Below are positions 36,342 to 49,278 of a stretch of 64,000 nucleotides of DNA, piece by piece. Position 1 is the stretch's first letter. Each line of letters begins with the position of its first letter. Made by a program: the position numbers and the translations under genes. The DNA is from Azolla caroliniana. Its lineage: Eukaryota > Plantae > Polypodiophyta. The notes below the pieces were generated by a model, which was not told the DNA's origin, ran no database searches, and saw only the letters and a list, made by a program, of their open reading frames with translations. The stretch covers positions 10,416,001 through 10,480,000 of the forward strand of contig JBHGNT010000002.1 of the NCBI GenBank assembly GCA_043228905.1, read 5' to 3'.

Positions 36342-39300
36342 AATATGTCGTGTTATTCTGCACACGCAGGAGAAACCAAGGTGGGACCGTGGGGGCTCTG
36401 AACCGGGGAGTAACCGAATGGAGGGAGAAGCGACACAAAATCACGGCCGAGCCTCGCACACAAATACATAGAGAACTCACAACAAAGATCAAACAACGAA
36501 TAAGGCAAATATATGCTTATGATCAAGACTACAACCGGCTAGCCGATAAGCGTCAACGCACTGACACCAACTCACACAATGCACACGAACAACGCGAGAT
36601 GGAGCCTCTGCCGAAAGCACTCGGGCTTTCCATGAAGCAGAGGCAGCCTCCCAAAACCTGCAAAGAACGATGAAAGACAGAGGAGAAGCGCTCGGTCCCA
36701 ATCCAACAGCAGTTCGTCCTCGACAACGCGATCCCCTCTCAGTCCCCTTTCCTCTCCTTTTATAGCCCAAGGAGAGAGACGTTACAATCTGTTCCATCAC
36801 TTTTATTCTATGTCCTTTTTGATAGAGATACTCCTCGATTCCTTAACTAGTGCATACGTGCTACCTAGGATATTCACATCGCCGACCTGTACCTAACTAT
36901 GTACAATACATCAAAACATGTGCACGCATGTAAGGGCCAGTTCACGCACACTATTCACTTATTCCTCCTAGGGACGGTTTTCTCCACGACAATGGGTGGG
37001 AGATGTGGGATGTGTCGAAAAACTACGATGGTTGGGAGATGTGTGATGTGCGGAATTGCGAGAGGAGGAGGAAGTCATGATTAATACTGAGAGTTGAGAC
37101 AGTAAGGAAATAAGTATACTAAAGTCTAAAGTACTAAAGTATTATATAAGACTTTAGAATTTGGATGAGGGAGTGAAGTATCATATATTATCATGAGAGA
37201 TAATACTTATATACCTTTTTTCATTCATGTCGGTGAGGATAAAAAATCCCCTTATGATATGTCCAATTTAGGTAATTGTCCCCTTTTTATCAATTTCGAT
37301 TCCTAGATTAGACATTAGGAAATAAGACCACCCTTTTTAGGAAGTCGGTGATGAGTAGTCGGTCACCACCTCTCTCAAGATAATCCCTTAAATTCTTCCA
37401 AACTAGCAAATTCTCCCTTTATAGTTAATGAAAAAAATCCTAGTTTAGGTTTTAGGAATAAACATCCCCTTTTTGGAAGTCGGTGGGAATAGCTTGCGAT
37501 TTCAATTAGAATCACTGCTAACAAATAGGGGTGATGATCAAAACACCCCTTGAATCATCATCCCCCTATTCTTCCCATCCATCTCACACTCATGCTCCCC
37601 TCTCAAAAACTAATTTTTTCCCCTTATCTCTCTCCTTTGCATCAATTAATAATTGATGATGATCTTATCCATATAATCATAAAATCATCCTATTAATCAA
37701 CTATATAATCATCCATATAATCCATCAATTAACGCTAATGATCAATGGTTTATCCATCCATCATCACGTAATTAAAAACGTACCCTTGGTGATGGATGAC
37801 TGTGGCCATTCAAATAAACCTTATGGTCGATGATCAATTGATTACTGACATTCAACGATCATCACCCTAGTTCTATCGGCCAATTTTTATTAAATTGATT
37901 ACCAATGATCATTATCCATATATATGATGATCATCAATTATTTCATCGAAAATTCGATGATCAAGCATCACCTATAGTATATTAGGTGGCCGACCTCTAG
38001 AGATACGATCTCCACACGTAAGGCCACCTGATGAGCATAGCCATTAGATCAAGAGGGGTATACGAAAAATAAAATATAATTATATTTAAGGTGCTTTTAT
38101 TTGAATAAATATATATTAAATATCTAATCGTACAACAAACACAATAATAATTTTATTAAACTTTTTAACCCCTTGATTTATTTTTTTGACTGGCATATGT
38201 CGTCAATGCTCTCCTTTCTATGAGTGGGTATCTCCTTCCACTCGTTGTCAACTCTAGCTCGGATGTCTCTACCGACTCTTCTCTTGGCTCGGGTTCATAT
38301 GTGTCGACCGATCGTTGAGGGTTAGCCGATTCTGACTCATAGTTCTCGATTGACTTTAATAGGTCTATTGAGTCCGACTCATTTGTCTTGCTTGGTTGCT
38401 CCAAGTCGACCGACTTGGATTCGACTGTGCTGAGTGGTTGTCTCCGAACAACCGATTGTGTCAGTTCACTTGGCCATAAGCCGGTAGTAGTGGGAGTCGA
38501 CTGGGAAGTTGATCCCGACATTTGTTTCTTCTAGTCCTCAATTGTCTTGTCTTCCGGGAGGAATACATCTCCACTCCTCATTACTTTCTTATCGACTAAG
38601 TCAATAGCTTGTAGCTGAGCTCGTCCTCCGAGTGTCCCATGAATATGCATGGTTTCGACTTGCTATTGAGCTTTGACCTTTGATCCTTACCCACATGCAT
38701 ATACATTAAGTATCCGAACACCATAAGGTGTCAGTAGGAGACATCCATTCCTGTCCAATCCCTCTACGGGACATTACCTTTCAATGGTACTGAGGGAGAC
38801 CTATTGATAAGATAAACAGTCGTATACATCACCTCAGCCCAATACTATTTCAGCAGTGTAGCATGCGACAACATGCTTCTCACTCTCTCCATGATCGTTC
38901 CATTCATCCTCTCTACAAGCCCGTTCAATTCAAGGATCTTCGGTACAATGTATTTGAGTCGAATACCTTGGGCCTTGCAGTACTCCTCGAACTTCCCTTT
39001 ATATTCGCCACCATTATCAGTTCGGACAACCTTCAACTTGCTACTCGACTCTCGTTTGGTTCTTGCCTGGAACTCCTTGAACATTGACAATACTTGATCC
39101 TTTAACTTCAGTATGAAGGCCCATGTCTTCCAACTATTGTCTCCAATAAACGTTATGAAGTATTGCCTACCTCGATGTGATGGAGCATCTACATAGCACA
39201 CATTTGTGTACAGTAGTTCTAGTGCAGTTTCTCTTCTCCTTGGTGGTCTTGTGTGGAATGCCGCTCGGTTTTGCTTTCCGACTAAACAGTCGACACACTT

Positions 39301-42300
39301 CTCCAAGTGTACTCCTTTCACTTCTAGGAGAAGTTCCTGGTCAGCCAGGATTTGCATTCCTTTTTCACTCATGTGGTCGAGCCTGTTATGCCATAACTCT
39401 CCACTCGAGTTGGCTACCACATTCACTTCCAACTTGGACAATCAGGCATGCATCATATACAGTGTGCCCTCTTTCTGTGCTCGGGCCACTGAGGTTTCCA
39501 TGGGAGAACTTCCACTTGTCGTTTCGGAAGCTACCACTATAGCCTTCTTCACCCAACCTTACAGTCGATATGAGATTCAATTTGATATCGGGGACATGTT
39601 GAACTTCTCTCAGCATTAGTTGACAACCAATCGACATTGTCATGCATACACTTCCTATGCCGGATATCCATCATTCTCCATTATCTCCCATCTTTACATA
39701 ACCATGATCCCTGGTTGTGTAAGTCGAGAAACACTCTCTCGACGGAGTTATATGGAAAGCTGCACTCGAGTCGATTACCCAAGTGCGCTCTTCACTTGCA
39801 AAATTTGTTCTTGCTTGCTCACAAATGAACAAGATCTCATCTGCACTTGCAGCTACAGCCGATGTACCATTTTCTTCAGGAATCTTCCTGGGTTCGACAT
39901 TGTTACCGACACTCTTGTCCTTCTTGAGGTGTCGGCAGTCCTTTTGAAAATGTCCCGGCCTTCCACAATAGAAGCATGTTAGCTTACCTGTGGACTTGGA
40001 TCTAGCATGGGACTTTTCTCTCCTTTGTGGACTTCTTTGTTGATTCCTTCCTCTACCGGTGTGTTGAGTCAGGTTTCACTCCGATTGGGATACAACACTC
40101 TTGTCCTTCCTTCTTGTCTCCTCGTTCAAGATGCTTGTCTTTATCACTGTCGTAGTGTGAATCACACACTATGTAAAATATGTAAAACATTATATCCGAT
40201 TTAGAGTACATATAATAAATATAAATAAAATATTAACAATATTTATTACGTGCATAGGGCAGGATTCAAACATTGTACCTCCACGTAGACAAATCCCAGC
40301 CTTACCACTATACTAGCATACTATGAATGTTAAAGTTATACTAAACTTTATCCCATGTAAATATTCTAGATATGCATGGTACAAAAGGTTATTCATGCAT
40401 ACACACTCGAGTTAAAAGAAAAGATGGGATAGAAAGCTAATCATCCACATGCAGTGTGCATGAAAACTAAAGTTAGGAAAAGCGTGATGCTTGCATGCGA
40501 TAAACTTAGACTCTTCCAACACTATATAAGGAAGAGAGAAAGATGTATAGTGGTTGTTGACTTTTTTTAGAAGGATTGTTTAATATAAAATATTCGTGGG
40601 ATTCACGATTTTACCATCTAGTTCTCTCTTACAATCTAATTACCCATTAATACATTATACTCGCGGGGATTCACGAGTTTCATATCTTCTTCTTACAATC
40701 TCTTCCTAACTAACATTATCTCATATTCTTCTTTCTCCTGGTCCAAAACCCCAACGGTTCCCACCCGACTCACGCAAACGATCCGCCGCCGAAAGGCACG
40801 ACACAAGTGGTGAACCCGACGTGAAAACGGGTGGCAAGGAGATGGAAAATCAACCAGAGGCTAACACCATGATGATGATGTTCGAGCGAATGCTTCAAGA
40901 ACAACGTGCAATGTCGGAGATAGCGGCGGTAGTAGAGCGGCTCGTGCAACGGATAAGGCAATTCAACGAAAAGGATGTATCACGCTATCTTCGGGACTAC
41001 AAGGCGAAAATGATACGGTGCGGGATTTCGGAAGGACTGCAAGTGACATCCTTCAACCGGGTAGCTACCGATGGGCTTCAAGCAAGTATCCACGGGCTAC
41101 GACATCAAAATCCGACGTGGGAAGCGTTTGAAGAGGCGCTAAAGACCACGTTCGCTATTGAGGACTCCTCCAAGGCAACATGGAGAGGATTCGAGGATTA
41201 GGTGGAAACGCCGGACAAAGGGATGAAGGTCCTCGATGTGTTTTCGGCATTCGAAAGTCGGTTCAGGAGGTTTTCTGCAAGAGATCAAGCTATCCTCGCA
41301 CCGGAAAAAGTTATCATGTTCTTACGAGCCGTGGACGTCCGGGACCAGAAAGATCTTGGAGTACTTCTGGAGGACATGACCACCGAGAGTGGTCTCACCA
41401 ATACATGGGATAACGTGCGAGATATTGTCACACAATATACAAAGAGGGGGCAATGGCTTGCTAATGAAGAAAAGAGGGTTTCAGAACCGATTCCGAAGCC
41501 AAGATCCAGTTCGGAAGACCATCAACCGCGGGCTCGGGAGACTACGACCGAGAAGTGAATCGACGCAACCACAGTGGAACAATTGCTGAAGGAGATGGAG
41601 CATCTTAAAATCACGATGGTGAAGAAGACGGAAGACCGTCCCACAAGTTCCAAGTTCATGGATCGTTGATGCATATGGTGCGTTAGCACCGAACTTAATT
41701 GGAGAGATTGCGACAAGCACGAGACGTTACGACGAGATCTTATCTACTACAAGGGAAATTGGATTCATTCGATGGATTCTCGGAAGCCACTCCGACTGAA
41801 CTTCCGAAAAGGTGGCATGAAGAAGGTCCTAGAGGAGGAGATCGCGGCGAAAGACAATTAAGCAACAACCGCAGGAATACGTGTGGGGGAGTCATCTGCA
41901 ACAAAGGCGTCTTTTTGGCTGGAAGTGTTAAAAACTTCGAAGAAAGCCGACCATGATGAAATTTGAAGCGCCGCGGAATGTATCCGGGAAGCTACGGGAT
42001 GGGAGTGCCTCGTAGATAAGAATAGCGTACATGCGCTATGTCAATTACATGAAGTGTATGTGGATGAAAAACGACAGCACACGGATGATGCGGCCGGACC
42101 ATCAAAGACACCGGAAAGCTGGAACTCCGGAGGGAAGGGAAAAGAAAAGACGATTCCGGCATTCAAGCTCGCCTCGGACATCGAACAACAAACGGACTAA
42201 AAAAGGTGTTTGAAGATAGAATCCTCGATAGCCGGGTAGAATTTTCGCTTCGGGAATTACTCGGAATAGCGAAGAAGGAGTTCCACGATCTTCTTGTGGA

Positions 42301-43025
42301 TCTCATGAAGAGAAAAAGACAAAGTACAGAGGAAAATGCTCCAAGGGTGAATGCAAATACCGTCTTAATGAATGACACTAAAGTGGAGGATGAAATACCG
42401 AACTCCCACTACACAAGGCCACACTGGGCACGTGCAACTACAAAGACTTCGGTCCGAATCGGCAACATCAAAGAGCCCATGTTAGCATTGATTTTATGTC
42501 CAAGGATTTCTACCGAAAGGGGAAGTGGCCTATAAACACTAACCATGGATGGAAGATCCGGGCAGCCACTAAAGCAATGGAAGATCTATTTGTGGCTTGT
42601 CCGGATGTGACGGTGAAAATCAGGGATGTCGAGATCGACCAAAATTTCTTCGTACAAGACGAGGTTTCACATTCTGTGATCCTCGGGCAACCATTTATCA
42701 TGGCATCACGAATGGAGATGAAGGTGCTTGATAGCGGTGCGGCTTTGTCACGAATTCGGAGCCAAAGCGGAGGAAAATCCGTCCAATTGCTAACTATGCC
42801 GGAAAATCATGAAAGGAACAAGAGAGAGCTCTTGTCCCAAACAAGGATGGATTTTTAGAGCGGACTGTTGCGGAGTGGGGAAGTGATAGTCCGAGAAGCC
42901 CTGATACCCCACACAAGAAGAAAACTCTCGGAGCAAAACAAGTACGAATCGGTCCGGATGGGGCATCTACGTACACATTCGTAACCGGAGGAAAGAAGAA
43001 AGAATACCGAAAAGTAGAGGATAAG

Positions 43026-44807
43026 TTGCGGTCGGCGTCAATAATAAAAGAAGACGAAGAAATCGTGGGGCTAGTCGAAGAAGTGTTCTATGGGAGCACG
43101 CTACAACGGCTTGAAGAGCTTGTGGAGGAGAAAAGCCAAGAAGACCGGGTAGTCCCGGTGGAATCAGTTGAGATGTATGAGATCATTGCGAAAATGGGGC
43201 CGGATGCGCTCCGCAAAGAAGAAGCAATGGTAAGTACGAAATACAAGACCGTGGAGAAGAAAGTTAAACCGGCCGCAGGACCATTACCCGCCGATAGTGA
43301 GAAAAAGAGGAAAGAAGTATCGGGAGATCCGACACTTCGGAAGTCCATGGATATCGGACATGCCTTCACGGATGAGACCCGGAAGAAACTTCGGATCGGT
43401 GGAGGTGGTTTCCTCTTACAAAAAGAAGAAGAACGGTTTCGTGGGATGTTGGAACAACTTGGGAAAGCATTTGCATTCACATTGAAGGAGATACGGTGCG
43501 TTGATCCGAAGATAGTGGAGCCGATGGTGATCTTCATGATTGACCATGTGCCGTGGAACCTGAACCCGATTCCGGTTCCACAGGCACATATTCTGAAAGT
43601 CATCAACTTGCTCAAGGAGAAGGTGGCGATGGGGATTCTAGAGCCATCAAATGCTCCATACTCAAATCGATGGTTTACGGTTCCGAAGAAGAATGGGTCA
43701 CTCCGATTTATCCAAGACTTGCAACCGGTGAACAAGGTCACGATCCGGAACTCCGGAGTTGGTCCGATAGTGGACGAATTTACGGAAGCATTTACCAGTC
43801 ATGCGATATACTCCATTGGAGACCTATACTCGGGGTATGACCAATTCCAACTAGTCGTGGAGAGGCGAGACATCACTACCATGCAGACACCGATAGGATT
43901 AGTCCGGATGTGTATGCTACCACAAGGCACGACGAACTCGGTCGCACATATGATGAATGCAGTGAACAAGGTGCTTCGAGACTGCATTCCGGAGATAACG
44001 ATGCCGTTCCTAGATGACATTCCAATGAAAGGATGTGCAGTAGAAGAAAAAGATGAAACTAAGGATAATCGGGGTTGCCGAAAATTTGTAGTCGACCATA
44101 TTCGTGATTGTGAGAAAGTGCTTCGAAAGTTAGAAGATGTGCACCTAACACTTTCCAGTGAGAAATCGGCATTCGGGCAAGAAGAAATATTGGTAGTCGG
44201 ACATCTATGTGGACCCTACGGCCGAAGACCGTCACCAACCAAGATCGATGTGATTCAAGCTATGAAAGAAGTATGCAAGTCACAATCCGAAGTCCGAAGG
44301 TTTCTTGGAGCATGTGCATTCTATCACATATGGATTCCGCACTATGCACATATTGCGGACCCACTCTATCACTTGTTGTGGAAGGGTAAGAAGTTCGAAT
44401 GGAAACCGGAGCATACCAAAGCCGTGAAGAAGCTCAAGAAATCACTATGGAGGGCAAAAGCACTAAAGAAGCCGAACTATGACCGACCGATCATAATAAC
44501 GGTTGACACAAGTCCAACCGGAATCGGATGGGTCATGAATCAAGTCCACTCGGATGGTTCACGATATCCAATCCGATTCGGAGCAAACGCTCTCAACAAA
44601 AGGCAACGAGGATATGCACAAGTCAAAAGAGAATTATGGGGAGTCGTGTCGGGAATCAAATCGGATCGAGATTATTTGATCGGAGCTGAAGTAGTGATCG
44701 AAACTAATTGTCTTCTGATACTCAGGATGATGCGGTGTTGCACGATACTGGATGTGGCTATGCTAAGGTGGATTGCATATGTTAAGTCACTTAATTCGGA
44801 GGTATGA
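43026..44807 (+). pseudogene. Gypsy RT-RNase H
   Basis: WFTVPKKNGSLRFIQDLQPVN, DLYSGYDQ, LPQG, PFLDDIPMKG, ITVDTSPTGIG, VKRELWG. Confidence 0.9.
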
Positions 44808-44921
44808 CACAGCTCCGAAAAAGACAACGTGGTAGCGGATATGCTATTAAGGGCGCGGTTCGGTGATGACATAACCGAATCCGATAATGAAGAAGTTTCC
44901 GAAGAGCAATGAAACCGGATA

Positions 44922-45731
44922 ATGTCTAAATTTCACGAATTCGATTGGGCTGGACATCGAGGAACATGGGCAACTTTTGTGAAGATCAAACAAAAATATT
45001 GGTGGAAGAACATGTACAAAGATATAGCGGAGTTCACGGAAAGCTGCGAGAAGTGTCAAATCTACTCCGAAGTTCGACACCGAGATGAGTTACATCCGAC
45101 ATTCTCACCGACAATCAACTTCAAGTGGATGGTCGATATTGTAGCCATGCCAACCGGGATCGGACAAAAGAAGTACTTGGTGTTAGCTCGGGAAGATCTC
45201 ACAAACCAAGTAGAAGGTCGGGGGCTACGAAGGAAAATGTGTTCTGCGGTATGCCAATTTCTTTTGGAGGAGGTGTTTTGCAGGTACGGGTGCGTAGGAC
45301 AAGTGATTGTGGATCGGGGAGAACTCGACTCTGATAAAGCTAAGGAATTCTTCACCAAACATGGAGTTCGGTTAATGCTAACAACGGCATACAATCCGGA
45401 GGCCAACGGGAAAATCGAACGAGGACATAGTCCAATCGTCAAAGCACTTGCGAAAGCATGTGACGGAAGGGTGAAGGATTGGCCGCATATGCTCCCGTAT
45501 GCACTATGGGCGAATCGGATGATGCATAGCTCCGTAACCGGTTACATGCCAGCAAAACTCATGACCGGACAAGCACCGGTAATGCCAACGGAAACCGCAA
45601 TCGCAACATGGACAGTGCCATCGTGGAAGGAAGAGATGAGCCGGGAAGAACTACTAGCGGTCCGGATACGACAACTAGAGGGAAGACCGGAAGACATAGC
45701 GGAAGCAATACGCCGACAACAAAAAGTGTGA
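44922..45731 (+). pseudogene. Gypsy integrase
   Basis: H..WAGH..CEKC zinc motif, WMVDIV, VDRGE, YNPEANGKIERGH. Confidence 0.9.
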
Positions 45732-48049
45732 TTACGGAATAAAAGCCGGTTCAACACAAAGCACCGACTACGACCGCGGAAGATTGAATAAGGAGATTGG
45801 GTGATTGTCTACGACAGTAGTTTGGATCATCAACATACAACGATGCGGAAGTTCGCACAAAGGTGGTTCGGGCCATACGAGGTTCGGAAAGTTTTCGACA
45901 ACGGAACTTACCGACTATGTGAGTTGGATGGAACGATACTACGAGTGCCTATAGTCGGGATACGGGTGAAGATTTTCAAAAAGCGGACTGATGAAGAACC
46001 CTATGTGATCGTAGATAAGATTGACAAGGAGGAGCAATCGAACGAAGATCGCGGTGATGCGGAAAGCGAAGACAGTGGATTAGAACTCATAGTCAATTTA
46101 AGGGGAGAATCAGAGGAAGCTTCGGATGAAGGTGAATAGCAAGCATCGGGGACTTCGGCACATACCGGAGGATGTGCGGGTTCAGAGGGGGCGAGTGTCG
46201 TAGTGTGAATCACACACTACGTGAAATATGTAAAACACTATATCCGATTTAGAGTACGTATAATAAATAAAAATAAAATATTAAAAATATTTATTACGTG
46301 CATAGGGCAGGATTCAAACCCTGTACCTCCACGTAGACAAATCCCAGCCTTACCACTATACTAGCATACTATGAATTTTAAAGTTATACTAAACTTTATC
46401 CCATGTAAATATTCTAGATATGCATGGTACAAAAAGTTATTCATGCATACACACTCGAGTTCAAAGAAAAGATGGGATTGAAAGCTAATCATCCACATGC
46501 AGTGTGCATGAAAACTAATGTTAGGAAAAGCATGATGCTTGCATGCGATAAACTTAGACTCTTCCAACACTATATAAGGAAGAGAGAAAGATGTATAGTG
46601 GTTGTTGATTTTTTTTAGAAGGATTTTTTAATACAAAATATTCATGGGATTCACGATTTTACCATTTAGTTCCCTCTTACAATCTAATTATTAATACATT
46701 AAACTCGCGGGAATTCATGAGTTTCATATCTTCTTCGTACAATCTCTTCCTAACTAACATTATCTCATATTCTTCTTTCTCCTAGTCCAAAACCCCAACG
46801 GTTCCCACCCGACTCACGCAAACAATCCGCCGCCGAAAGGCATGACACCGCTTGTAGAGAAGGGTTCTCTTCTTGACACAAGGTGTTGAGGGTCACCACC
46901 AGGTTCTCCCAGTTGTCCGTACGGTACACATTAGTAGGATGGCCTGCATTGCATCTTCAAGGGGAAACTTTGTTGCCACAAGTTGGTTCACATACCCCAT
47001 GAATGTGCTTACATGCTCGACTATGCTTTCCTCGTCCCTGTACTTCAGCCTCACAATCTTTCTCATCAAAGATGTTTTGTTGAGGGCGTTTTACCTCTCA
47101 TATATACCTGATAGCTTTTGTCACATCTCGTAGGTATTTGTGTCATTCACTACATGCTGAAGGACACTTACATCGACTCATTGTCTGATGGTGGCCATTG
47201 CCTTTCTGTTTAGAATTTTCCATTCAAACTCTAATACCCCCGTGGGTATTTCTGCTCTATCAATTGGCTCGTACAAGTCTTTCACTATGAGAAGGTCTTC
47301 CATCTTTATCTTCCAGTCTGCATAGTTTTGAGAGTTTAGAACTATCATACCTAGGAAGCCGCTAACACCTCCTTCCATCTTTCACCTTGAAGCTCTGATA
47401 CCAGTTTGTTGGGGTTCACTCTGTTTTATTCGTGAGAAAGACCGACTGTGGAATAGATAATATCGCGGAAAGACAGAAAAACAACAAATGCACAGAATAC
47501 ACACTGTTTAACGTGGAAATCCTAAACAAGGAAAAACCATAGGAACATAGATCCACTATACAATAAAGAATATGAGAGAGACAATATACAAACACTCTTT
47601 GCACTGAGTGTATCAGCCACATAGGGCTCTTGGCATCTAGGCTCACATAGCTATGGGGCGCTCACTCTCTCTCTCTCTCTTCCTTCGTAACTCACTCTAT
47701 ACAAAAACCTCTACACTTTCTGTTCTACACACACTACTCTCTAATGTTTTCCCTAAATGTATTTATACTTATACATTGTATGGGCTTTTTGCAAATGTAA
47801 CCACTGCTACTATCATTCCTATTATAACAATAATGGTTAATCAGTCAACTATCTAGTTGGCCTCGTCTTCAACCAACCGGTTGGTCCGACTAGTCGGTCG
47901 TGTCCTCGGACTTCGACTCTCCTACTCTCGACTCCCCCAATTGACTCTCCATGTCTTCAACTATCGGCTCTCAACCAGACTAATCGGCTGTTTGTTGTCT
48001 TCCATTGTCGACACTCGGCCCGACCAGCCCGCCACTCCCATAGGAGGGA

Positions 48050-49278
48050 TGGCAAAAGGTGAGCAACCAGCCTATCAAAGAGAATGATCAATTAGGCTAA
48101 TAGCAGAAAATGGAAAGGATATGATTATTGACCCTAAGCCAAGGGAGATCACACTGGCGACAGTGTGTTGGCCAATAGAAGGGCATTTGGATCTGCTATC
48201 ATAGAACCCAACGACGTATTTATGGAGAACTCAAGGATGAACTGATGGGGCAAAGCAAGTTCAATTTTTCAGGTACAACACAAAAATTGGGAGGAAAATT
48301 ATTTTAGAACAAGAACATGACAAGATTGCAACACCGAAATTTTGGATACAAGAGGGAATTAGTGAAAGGAGACTAGATAAATTCTAGAAAGTGATATGAC
48401 ATGATAGTTATGACCGCAAGATAATGATGTGTTTATGGCTTATTGCTCATAAAACCTTCCCGGTAGGGACGTGGGGTAAAGGCCCCAATGTAGACCCTAG
48501 ATGTACTGCATGTGGACATATAGAAAGAATTTCCCATTGTCGATGGGAATGTTGCGAGGCAACGGCTGTATGGGGAAGGGCATTACGGTTGCTTTTCCAT
48601 GCCTCTAGTTCGTTCACCCTCAACTGGGGACATGTTGGAACTGTCTTGAGGATGATGTGGCGAAATACGATAGAACATGCAAAGTTAAGTACAGAGGGGA
48701 GAATGACATTGTTTGGCTAATCACTAACAATAGGGTACCTACAGTTAGTGCGCAAAAGCAAAAACTTAGAGATCTATGGGCGCTGCTTGCACCCATTATC
48801 ATATGGTGCATATGGACAACAAGGTGTACCAGGGTATTTTCAGCAAACAAACGTCCTCTAGGTTAATCGATTAATCTAATATGGCACACACTAATAAGTA
48901 CACTGAGACCTCAATATGAGCGGATTGATGGTACTGATGATGCTTCAGAATTAATGAGGCTGAATTTTAGAAAACGGTGGTGTACTAAACTGATGGCCAC
49001 AACAAATGGAATGGATATACGATGGCAGTATGTAGTACCCAGATGGTTGTTCCCCCTTTCCATTAGTTGAACGAGGGGCGTGAAAGAGATGTCATGTGGG
49101 ATACTAAATGCTAGTGATGTATATGAAAGGATGGCGAGAGACACATGTGAAAGTGTAAGATAAATAAGTGAGATCTCTTATGAAGGATAGGATAGTCTAG
49201 GCAAGGCCCACCCCAAGAAAGGGATTGCGTTTGTGTATATTTTAACTAGTGGAGTATATTCCTTTTTGGAAAAAAGAA
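48050..49278 (+). mobile_element. 5'-truncated L1-type LINE (3' end)
   Basis: zf-RVT-like CTACGHIERISHCRWEC, IIWCIWTTRC; collinear with LINE 1500-2660; short A-rich tail ~49270. Confidence 0.8.

Larger units (their letters stand above)
16704..36991 (-). mobile_element. tRNA-Trp-primed Gypsy (5' LTR 36346-36991, partial 3' LTR from 16704), split in its integrase by the 17209-32534 element
   Basis: Matching LTR ends TGTC(A/G)TGTTATTCTGCAC at 16704 and 36346; gag/PR/RT/RH at 32535-36320 (ITMPFLDDIPIKG); integrase FNWVVDLV|TMSMGVGQMRYLVLAREDL continues across the insertion. Confidence 0.88.
40148..46847 (+). mobile_element. Full-length tRNA-Trp-primed Gypsy (LTRs 40148-40803 and 46196-46847)
   Basis: Highly similar LTRs TGTCGTAG..CA(C/T)GACA; PBS TGGTGAACCCGACGTGA 40808-40824; PPT AGAGGGGGCGAG before 46196; gag from ~40842; RT-RH 43026-44807; INT 44922-46139. 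Confidence 0.95.
38185..48049 (-). mobile_element. Ty1/Copia 5' portion (LTR 47407-~48049, PBS 47392-47403, gag, PR, INT), split in gag by the 40148-46847 Gypsy
   Basis: PBS TGGTATCAGAGC; gag LNSQNYADWKIKMEDLL; NPSLQA|VIKTSILNEETRR continues across the insertion; integrase ORF 38845-39441; LTR family same as 13526-14179. Confidence 0.9.
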
